Positions 1 to 7,680 of a stretch of 10,301 nucleotides of DNA are shown one piece after another. Source of the DNA: Octopus sinensis (taxonomy: Eukaryota); assembly GCF_006345805.1 (NCBI RefSeq), contig NW_021827455.1, forward strand, positions 1 through 10,301, given 5' to 3'. The position numbers were made by a program, and so were the translations under genes. The first letter of the stretch is position 1, and every line of letters begins with the position of its first letter. Below the pieces are notes generated by a model. It ran no database searches. It saw only the letters and a program-made list of their open reading frames with translations, and had not been told where the DNA came from.

Positions 1-561
1 CTTTGGTTTAGAGTACTTTAAATTCCCGAATCTAACCATGTTATTTCCACATTGCTTGTCATCACTGGAGACAGCAAAAATATGAAAAGGTACTGCAATC
101 ATAAGATACCACCTGTAGACTTCCGATGAAAGCTATGCCTTGCAGCACGACCTGTATACAAATTATATTCCTTCCTGATTGAATTTTCTATGTTTGATAC
201 CTGATCAATCTCAGTATGTGGCAGCAAATTTGTACGAATGAATAAAAAACAAAATAATGAAGCGTTTTGTTTTTCTCTCTGACGCTCTTTTCACAGCTAT
301 TCATTATTCTATGAAACTTTTGTAGAATTTCTTTGTTCCGCTCATAGTGATAATCTGTGAAAGGTTGGAATTCGTTTTTTCTTCAAAGAGTCAATCAATA
401 TGCACGCATGTATATAAGTACATGTACGCATGTATATATATTATATATATATACATAAATGTTTGTATATATGCATATATGTATGCATATGTTTTGGTTT
501 GTATTTGTGTATATATGTAAACATGTACGTATTAATGCGTATATGTATGTTTACTCATCAG

Positions 562-663
562 GATTTATCACTGAAATACGCAACCAATAGAAGGAGAGAG
601 GGTCCCCAGCTTGGAGACAAAACTCTTTTACTGGAATATAGACAGCATCAACCAGGTATTCGT
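562..663 (+). CDS. Candidate internal coding exon (102 nt, phase 0-0), DLSLKYATNRRREGPQLGDKTLLLEYRQHQPGIR; product unknown
   Basis: Non-repetitive island between degenerate (TATG)n tracts. Acceptor tttactcatcAG at 560-561 and donor GTAAGT at 664-669. Only one of the three + frames is open. No protein family recognised. Confidence 0.35.
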
Positions 664-776
664 GTAAGTATGGGTGTACGTAGTGTGCGTGCATACGTAT
701 CATTGCTTTTATAGTTCTATTATGCATCAGCTCCTGAACGTATATGCCTATATGTTTGTGCGTCTGTATGTGTGTG

Positions 777-876
777 TATGTATGTATGTATGTATGTATG
801 TATGTATGTATGTATGTATGTATGTATGTATGTATATATGTATATTTGTATGTATGCATGTATGTTTCTATGTATG

Positions 877-910
<34 letters not shown>

Positions 911-927
911 TGTATGTAGTATGTATG

Positions 928-985
<58 letters not shown>

Positions 986-999
986 CCTATCTATCTATA

Positions 1000-1032
<33 letters not shown>

Positions 1033-1033
1033 A

Positions 1034-1066
<33 letters not shown>
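777..1066. repeat. Compound tetranucleotide microsatellite, (TATG)n switching to (TATC)n
   Basis: (TATG)n at about 777-928, then (TATC)n at about 929-1066, read directly. Confidence 0.98.
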
Positions 1067-1152
1067 AGCAAATACATACTTCAAATTCAGGTGCATTTTC
1101 AGAAATAAATTCTCCTATATTTTTTCCTGTGTGGGAACACACCACTTCTTTC

Positions 1153-1207
1153 CACACACACATACGCACACACACACACGCACGCACACACACACACACA
1201 CACACAC

Positions 1208-1251
<44 letters not shown>

Positions 1252-1252
1252 C
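1153..1252. repeat. (CA)n microsatellite, imperfect
   Basis: Read directly. Confidence 0.97.
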
Positions 1253-1274
1253 ACATGTATAAATAAATAAAACT

Positions 1275-1602
1275 AGCATTCCATCGGCTACGACGTCGAG
1301 TGTGTTAAAACTGAATCGCCCAATAAAAAAATCTGCTCGTGAAATGAACGTGCCAATGGCCGAGTACTCCACAGACGCGCGTACCCTTAACGTATAGTCA
1401 TAAGGTGATGCAGTGTGACATAGACTGTGACAAAGCTGGCCATTTAAATTCCAGGTGCAACTCATTTTTGCCAGTTGTATGACCAGGAGCAACGTGAAAT
1501 AAAATGTATTGCCCTATTTTAAAAAGCACCACCGAGATCCGAACTCATGAGCTCTTACGATCGCGAGCCAAATATCCTAACCACTAAGCCACGCGCCTTC
1601 AC
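1275..1602 (-). mobile_element. tRNA-derived SINE, near full length, with a CORE-like segment after the head
   Basis: The - strand begins gaaggcgcgTGGCTTAGTGGttagg (A box, + 1581-1591), followed by a B-box-like gagttcggatctc (+ 1534-1546). The body resembles an octopus SINE family as remembered. Confidence 0.85.
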
Positions 1603-1654
1603 CATACATACATACATACATACATACATACATACATACATACATACACACATA
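1603..1654. repeat. (CATA)n microsatellite
   Basis: Read directly. Confidence 0.98.
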
Positions 1655-1918
1655 CGCTGAACAATTGAAAAATTTGCAGTTATTCTATCCAGATTACAAA
1701 TTTAGATTTATACCTGTAATTATTGGAGCACTGGGATATGTAACACTCAAAACCAGAAAGAAGAAAGCTGATTCGAAGACTATAGATCCAAACCATCATT
1801 GGAACTGTAAAAATCCGTAAAATTTGCCAGAAGTCTTAAGTATATATGAACCTGTCAAGATATGCAACTATAAGCATAAGAATACATACATAAAACAAAA
1901 CATACAAATCCGCATACA

Positions 1919-1949
<31 letters not shown>

Positions 1950-2047
1950 CCAGTTGATGTTGAAATTCCAATGAAGGAGCCTTGGATCTAGGTTTCAAAG
2001 CGACACTTTCTCTATTGGCAAGAAATCTTAAAATAAAACTGAATTAT
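1653..2047 (+). mobile_element. 5'-truncated 3' end of a restriction-like-endonuclease non-LTR retrotransposon (R4/Dong-like): decayed ORF end plus 3' UTR containing (CATA)n
   Basis: 1653-1745 reads YAEQLKNLQLFYPDYKFRFIPVIIGALGYVT. After a frameshift, 1747-1839 reads SKPERRKLIRRL*IQTIIGTVKIRKICQKS*. The IPVIIGALG...(L)Q....GT..I pattern matches the R4-clade C-terminus as I know it. Internal (CATA)n at 1913-1948. Confidence 0.75.
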
Positions 2048-2135
2048 GACACACATACATATACACATACATACGCATATACACATACACGCACACGCAT
2101 ACACCGCCCCCTTCACACACACATATACACACACG
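2048..2135. repeat. Degenerate (CA)/(CATA) microsatellite
   Basis: Read directly. Confidence 0.9.
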
Positions 2136-2470
2136 GTAGATTTTTGCCAGAATCTTCTGATGATGGTGACATAAATTTGTCACATCGATCAATAATTTAT
2201 ACTATAAGAACTCGTGTTATTCTATACACCTACGCCTGCGTGCAAACGAAAATTTGACGAGCACCCACTACACGGCTGTACTCTAAGCGTAACAGCCGGG
2301 AACTGACGCGGCCTACCGGAGCCAAATATTTCACGCATGCGCAGAAAGGTTGGTGTCACATCCTACCTAAAGGATTTTTGCACACGCAGCACTAGTTTTG
2401 GTAGAAAGAAATAAAATTGGATATTTTCTGAATACACTGCGTATCTTTTCTTTGCTCAAACAACACCACG

Positions 2471-2480
2471 CACACACACA

Positions 2481-2538
<58 letters not shown>
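2471..2538. repeat. (CA)n-(TA)n-(TG)n compound microsatellite
   Basis: Read directly. Confidence 0.97.
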
Positions 2539-2551
2539 ACCGCGTGTGTAT

Positions 2552-2735
2552 CGTAGTCGATTTTCTTTCTCCGTCTTCTCTGCCTTGGACCTTTCCGTTT
2601 TTATGTTTCTGACGAAGGGCTCCGCTCGAAACGTTAAACCCTCCTTCTTTCTTTCCTTTCCTGACCGTCCAATAACACTATACTTGTTCCACGTCCTCGC
2701 GTTGTTGGTTTTCTCTTTGTTCATGTTGGATTAAC
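2552..2735 (+). mobile_element. 184-bp Penelope-like (pLTR/retrozyme-type) element, copy 1
   Basis: Homologous end to end with the reverse complement of 7990-8173 (both run cgtngncgatttt...ggattaac, then (TA)n). Contains a minimal hammerhead motif typical of Penelope-like elements. Confidence 0.75.
2605..2639 (+). ncRNA. Minimal type I hammerhead ribozyme motif
   Basis: GUUU (stem I, 2605-08), CUGACGA (2609-15), A, GGGC ucc GCUC (stem II, 2617-27), GAAA (2628-31), CGUU (palindromic ACGU stem III, GUU cleavage triplet ending 2635), AAAC (stem I', 2636-39). Confidence 0.75.
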
Positions 2736-2890
2736 TATATATATACATATATATATATATATAATTATAATATATATTACATATATATATATATATCTAT
2801 ATATATATATATAATATATATAAATATATATATATATATATACACACGTATGTATGATATGTGTGTTTGTGCGCGTGCGTGTATGTATAT
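2736..2890. repeat. (TA)n tract grading into (TG)/(TATG)
   Basis: Read directly. Confidence 0.95.
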
Positions 2891-2899
2891 AATTGACTC

Positions 2900-3180
2900 T
2901 CCCGTCGAAGACGACATATGAGCGTTCAGCTTGCCGAATGACCTGTACCAATGATTTGTTTATAGTGATTAAATGTTCTTGCCGCACATTAGCCCAGTCT
3001 CTCCATCAAATCGACGCTGTCTGAACCGCTGCAAGGTGTACTATGCGTCAAATATCGAAGTGATAGCAGAGCACGCCAGATGAAGTGTTTTGCCCCAAAA
3101 CACGACACACCACCCACTCTAGGAACTGAAATCAGGACTGCTAAACCATGAGTGGAACACCCTAAGTATTAGGCCATGTG
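2900..3180 (-). mobile_element. Degraded tRNA-derived SINE
   Basis: The - strand head cacatggcctaatacttagggtgttccactcatgg...gatttcagttcc has degenerate A and B boxes. It is followed by gtgttttggggcaaaacacttcat, similar to the matching segment of the 1275-1602 SINE. The left boundary is approximate. Confidence 0.65.
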
Positions 3181-3449
3181 TGTGTGCATATGTATGTATG
3201 TGCGTGTGTGCGTGGGGGGAGAGTGTAGTATTATCAAACCCAAAAGTTTGACTTGCTATTCGAGTTTCTTGCCACTGCGATCTTCAGGCGAGAACTGTTA
3301 TAACACAGCATTTCTTGTGTATTTATATACTTTGGTGTATGTGTGGTGCATTGCTTGTGTTTACATATTATTTTGCGTTTAGTGCTTATTGAATGGGTAG
3401 TGTTTTTCTGGCTCTTCATTCGTTGTTTGAAAAATAAAAAGAAAGATCA

Positions 3450-3486
3450 TATGCATACATACAAACATACGTATATATATATATAT

Positions 3487-3531
<45 letters not shown>

Positions 3532-3650
3532 TATATGTGCGCGTAGTGTGTGTGTGTGTTGTGTCTGTATGTGTCCGTGTGTGTGTGTGTGTCCTTATGT
3601 GTATGTGTGTGTGTTTGTGTGTTTGTGTGTGTGTTGTGTATGTACATAGT
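3450..3650. repeat. (TA)n followed by imperfect (TG)n
   Basis: Read directly. Confidence 0.95.
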
Positions 3651-3779
3651 ATACATAATAGTTATATTTCCAACGATTATGTATAATATATTCCAAATGA
3701 AAAAGCATTTCTTGTACAGTTTTCAAACAATGTGCCGTATATATGGTTCTGCTGGGGCGCTAATAGAATCTAAATGATG

Positions 3780-3975
3780 GGACTACTCTGTAGTCGGTCG
3801 ACCTGTTAAAAACAAAAATAAACTCAAATCTCGCAAAAATCCCACTTTATAATTTGAAAATTTGAAAGGAAACATCAAGGAATGTAATCAAAGATGCTTC
3901 TAAGAAATTGATTTGAAAGCCTTTAATCATTGCCCTGCTCGTTAACATTTTGTCCCGGTGCTAAACAAACAGCAA
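3780..3975 (+). mobile_element. Old, highly diverged interspersed repeat (SINE/LINE 3' part) ending in a (CAA)n tail
   Basis: ttgaaagcctttaatcat...gctaaacaaacagcaat resembles the reverse complement of about 8960-9030. aaatcccacttt resembles aaatcgcacttt in the reverse complement of about 9738-9750. Similarity judged by eye only. Confidence 0.5.
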
Positions 3976-4035
3976 TAATCACAATAACAACAACAACAAC
4001 AATAACGACAACAACAACAACAGTAATAACAATAA
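3972..4035. repeat. (CAA)/(TAA) trinucleotide tract
   Basis: Read directly. Confidence 0.9.
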
Positions 4036-4169
4036 GTGATCACATAATTCACTAGAAGCGTTTAACTGACGGGCATTCTACTGTAGACTGTGACATGGCG
4101 GGATACTAACGTCGCGTAGTTAGGGGACCAAATGTGGCCAGCGACGGAAGCCAGCAAATGGAGAGGTGA

Positions 4170-4427
4170 ATGAACACAATGGATACGCACAGGGGGTGGC
4201 GTCGGGGTAACGGAAGCAAAAGTAGTGGCAGCAACATTAATGGTTCGAACAGTAGAGGAGTGTGCAGCGGACATAACGAGATTAGTGCGTTCTCCAGCCT
4301 CAGATCTTCGCACATGCACCACCAAGAGACATCAAGAATTTACTCTTCATTCGTCTCGGTTCGACGAATGTTCTCCCATGACGCACGCCTTCAGTTTACT
4401 CTCGATTCCGCTTTATGCTGTCAAACG
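4170..4427 (+). other. GC/CpG-richer unique island; possible exon (MNTMDTHRGWRRGNGSKSSGSNINGSNSRG...)
   Basis: Non-repetitive and visibly richer in GC than its flanks, with several overlapping open frames. Possible donor CG|GTAAAC at about 4427/4428 where AT-rich sequence resumes. No homology recognised. Confidence 0.25.
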
Positions 4428-4539
4428 GTAAACCGAATTAATATTTTACGTAAACATATTTTTTTTTTTTCAATTATAACAAAAGATATTTTAGATAAAA
4501 GAAAATGTTGTTTCCATTATTCATAACAGAAAAATAAAA

Positions 4540-4622
4540 CCGACAACAACAATAATAAATAACAGTAATAATGATAATTGTTTTTACTATAGGCACAAGG
4601 ATTGGATGATAATAATGATAAT
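4540..4622. repeat. Degenerate (CAA)/(TAA)/(TGA) trinucleotide tract
   Basis: Read directly. Confidence 0.8.
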
Positions 4623-4655
4623 GGCTGCCTGGTGAGAAGATTGCTTCCCGACTAC

Positions 4656-4866
4656 TTTCAAATTTTGGCACAGGGCCAGTAATTTCGAGGGAAGGAAAAG
4701 TCGATTACATCGACCTCAGTACTCTACTGGTATTTATTCTATCGATTCTAAAAGCATGGAAGACAAAGTCGACCCCGTTCGCATTTGAACTTAGAATGTA
4801 AAGACGGACGAAACGCGGCTGGGCATTTTGCTCTCTGCGCTAACGATTCATAACGATTCACCGCCT
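4656..4866 (-). mobile_element. tRNA-derived SINE (short family with a Nin-like central domain)
   Basis: The - strand reads aggcgg...gttagcgcagagagcaaaatg...ttctaagttcaaatgc (B-box-like), ggggtcgactttgtcttccatgc...cgatagaataaataccag...gaggtcgatgtaatcgact...ccctgtgccaaaatttgaaa. Flanked by TAA-type repeats. Confidence 0.8.
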
Positions 4867-4950
4867 TCATAATAAGAATACCTTGCATAATAACTATAAT
4901 GAAAGATTCTTGGAGTTGTGTTGGTGTATAAAACTTGGTCAATGTTTTAG

Positions 4951-5364
4951 TCTTTTTTTACTCTTTTTTTTCTTATTTGCTTCAGCATTTCTGTGGCCAT
5001 GCTGGAGCACCGCCTTTAGTCGAGCAAATCGACCCCAGGGCTTATTCTTTGTAAGCCTAGTACTTATTCTATCGGTCTCTTTTGCCGAACCGCTAAGTTA
5101 CGGGGACGTAAACACACCAGTATCGGTTGTCAAGCGATGTTGGGGGGACAAACACAGACAACCAACATATACACACAAACCATAATATATATATATTATA
5201 CGACGGGCTTTTTTTCAGTTCCGTCTACCAATCCACTCACAAGGCTTGGTCAGGCCGAGGCTATAGTAGAAGACAACTTGTCCAAGGTCCACGAAGTGGG
5301 ACTGAACCCGGAACCATGTGGTTGGTAAGCAAGCTATTTACCACACAGCCACTCCTACGCCTAT
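4951..5364 (-). mobile_element. Composite tRNA-derived SINE family X, copy 1 (tRNA head, CORE-like segment, internal microsatellite, 3' arm)
   Basis: A box tggctgtgtggtaa (+ 5339-5352) and B box gggttcagtccc (+ 5298-5309) on the - strand. Clearly homologous to 5992-6321, 7752-8347 and 9058-9473. Confidence 0.92.
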
Positions 5365-5446
5365 TAACGATTGATCAATAACTTTTTTAACAACATATAG
5401 AGTGAATCAGAGTCAGTGAAAACAATAATACCAACAGCAGCAGCAA

Positions 5447-5798
5447 GTGGGGGCGCAATGACCCTATGGTTAGGGCAGTGGACTCGCGGTTGGAGGATCG
5501 CGGTGTCGATCCCCAGACCGGGCGTTGTGTGTGTTTATTGAGCGAAAACAACTAAAGCTCCACGAGGCTCCGGCAGGGGTTGGTGGCGACTCCTGTTGTA
5601 CTCTTTCGCCCCAATTTTCTCTCACTCTTTCTTCTTGTTTCCTGTCCCCGACTTCCTACGCAACCGCTGAGCCTGGATGCGCTTTCATCCATCTGTCGAT
5701 GCTCTCAGTGTCGGGGGTTGACCTGTCTTCTCTTCTGCGGGTCTTACGAATAACAAAGGACCATGTTTCGGACATCTCCCACTACAGAGGCTCAACAG
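5447..5798 (+). mobile_element. tRNA-derived SINE family Y, copy A
   Basis: Head gggggcgcaatgaccctatggttagggcag...ggtgtcgatccc (B box 5502-5513). The first 185 nt or so are homologous to the reverse complement of 7500-7680. Ends in a triplet-repeat tail. Confidence 0.9.
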
Positions 5799-5812
5799 CA
5801 ATAGCAACAGTA

Positions 5813-5848
<36 letters not shown>

Positions 5849-5892
5849 CCACCACCACCACCACCACAACAAACAACAACAACAACAACAAC
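5793..5892. repeat. (CAG)n-(CAC)n-(CAA)n compound trinucleotide repeat
   Basis: Read directly. Confidence 0.97.
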
Positions 5893-5991
5893 ACCGATAA
5901 CATCACTACTTCTATATTATTATCATATGAAATGTTATGTTTAATCGAGCCCTATTCTAAAGTGTGACCGAAGAAATATTTTCGATATATA

Positions 5992-6147
5992 CTCTTTACT
6001 TGTTTCCGTCATTTGACTGTGGCCATGCTAGAGCATCGCTTTTAGTCGAGCAAATTGACCCCAGGACTTATTCTTTGTAAGCCTAGTACTTATTCTATCG
6101 GTTGTCAAGCGATGTTGCGAGGACAAACACAGACACACAAACATATA

Positions 6148-6185
<38 letters not shown>

Positions 6186-6321
6186 ACACACAAATACACA
6201 TATGTACGACGGGCTTCTTTCACTTTCCGTCTACCAAATCCACTCACAAAGCTTTGGTCGGCCCGTGGCTATACTAGAAGGCACTAGCCCAAAGTGCCAC
6301 GCAGTGGGACTGAACCCGGAA
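5992..6321 (-). mobile_element. SINE family X, copy 2 (5'-truncated, 51-bp internal deletion)
   Basis: Homologous to copy 1. Stops just past the B box (cccggaa, 6321). Lacks the segment between the two tatcggt repeats. Confidence 0.9.
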
Positions 6322-7019
6322 TATCTGCAAAATATTTATTTATTTGTGTATTATTTATACAGTCCCTTTCTGAAGTTTTAGATAGGATGTTTTTAACCAT
6401 TATATATAATGTTTATAAATTAGATTAGAGTGTAGAGCACTTTCATTTACAAAGGCACGAGCGTCTATGTGAAATGTCATTAATAGAAAAGCATTCGTAT
6501 ATAATCTGTATGAAAGTTTCGTCTGCGGAAGTATAGGTTGTACGCTAATAATACTGAAATCAAGGCGAGCAACATTGTTTCTTTTTTTAAAAGGTTCTGT
6601 TACAACTTTACTGCAAGTGCATAACTATTCAACGGGAAAGACTGTCGAATTAAACAAACGTTTAGTCTAGTTTCGTTAATTTAGCTATCAATTTTATCAC
6701 TATATTTATTGCATGTTATGTTGAGTTTTAACTTGTTTTTGTAAATATGTTCATCTCGCAGATCGAGACCGTTAGCATCTCTCCAGCTATTCACAATACG
6801 AAATGTTTATGTTTTTTTTTTTATTACATTTGATCCTCAGCGGAAAGATCCATAGGAACTAGTTTCCAGACGGTTTGGTCGATCGTTTATTCCTACAAAC
6901 ACATTGCCAGTGGCCCTTGTTATTTGTTGCTTGTGTGTGAGAGACAGAGAAAAGCGTCATTTTCTATTCTAAATTTTAAGATTTGAATGGTATTTATTTA
7001 TTTGTGAATTGGTTTAGAC

Positions 7020-7316
7020 TAATGGTTCTTAACCGGGGTCCATATAAGCCCTAGGGTTTCACGTGGGTCCACGCGAGCAAAATAGTAAATTGGGAACTTA
7101 ATGGCATATTAAGGGTCCACGAAAAATTTTAGCTTTAGATGTATTTATAGCAAGAAACAGCTAGGTTTCTTTCTCGAAAGTTTTGCATAGCTTTTACTCG
7201 ACAAGTAATTTTGAAGGAAGTATCTCTAAAACTAGTTTTTAAATATCAAATGGCGATAAGGGTCCACCAGAATAAAATAGTAATCTAAGGGGTTTATATA
7301 TGGTTCAGAACCGCTG
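7020..7316. mobile_element. hAT-superfamily (Charlie-like) MITE, 297 bp
   Basis: TIRs taatggttcttaacc (7020-7034) and ggttcagaaccgctg (7302-7316), 11/15 complementary. 8-bp TSD gtttagac (7012-7019) / gtttagat (7317-7324). Subterminal gggtccac repeats at 7065, 7113 and 7260. Confidence 0.85.
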
Positions 7317-7375
7317 GTTTAGATAGTCACTGAATGCATTTTGTTCAGAAATTAGTCAGACAAATAGAGTGAAAT

Positions 7376-7680
7376 GCTGTTTGTTCCTTCTCGAGCCATA
7401 CCTGGCTCACAAGGGCCGGTTTCCCGGTTTCTTGGCGTATAGGTTCTCCACCTGGACGGGACGCCGGCCCATTGCAGGTGAGCTGCTAGATGTAGGAGGA
7501 AAGAGTGAGAGAATGTTGTGGCGAAAGAGTTAGCAGAAGTTTCGCCATTATCTTCTGCCGGAGCCGCGTGGAGTTTAGGTGTTTCGCTCATAAACACACA
7601 CATCGTCCGGTTTGAGATTCGAACCCTCGATCGTTCGACCGCGGGTCCGCTGCTCTAACCACTAGGCCATGTGCCTCCAC
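7376..7680 (-). mobile_element. tRNA-derived SINE family Y, copy B (different 3' tail)
   Basis: The - strand head gtggaggcacaTGGCCTAGTGGttagagcag...GGGTTCGAATCtc has a good A and B box. TSD atagagtgaaa at 7364-7374 and 7681-7691. Confidence 0.92.

Noticed and set aside
1-135. Open - strand frame running off the window (…MIAVPFHIFAVSSDDKQCGNNMVRFGNLKYSKPK)
   Set aside because: Only about 44 codons, no recognisable homology and no clear splice context.
430-1492. Several ORFs of 66-164 aa (YVCM, YLSI, HT and CV repeats)
   Set aside because: Translations of stop-free microsatellites. Only the 562-663 island is retained.
2375-2400. Possible Helitron 3' end (…gcagcaCTAGt)
   Set aside because: No convincing GC-rich hairpin upstream of CTAG and no 5' TC end identified.
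2546-2734. ORF similar to ORF 7975-8223 (…SARNV…LYLFHVLALL…), suggesting a conserved small protein
   Set aside because: The similarity is explained by both being copies of the same 184-bp element. No evidence of coding selection.
4883-5381. ORFs over SINE X copies (also 6055-6381, 8055-8312, 9253-9587)
   Set aside because: Incidental frames in non-coding SINE sequence. Frames are not preserved between copies.
5449-5520. tRNA-like sequence (also 7610-7680 and 1530-1600)
   Set aside because: SINE heads: they continue into SINE bodies and lack a complete cloverleaf, so they are not tRNA genes.
5525-5944. 139-aa ORF with poly-A/P/Q/T runs
   Set aside because: Made of SINE body plus triplet-repeat tail, with no supporting splice or start context.
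6815-6880. Strong acceptor (poly-T…cctcAG at 6839-6840)
   Set aside because: Two of three frames stop quickly and the nearby donor (GTTTGG) is poor, so there is not enough support for an exon.
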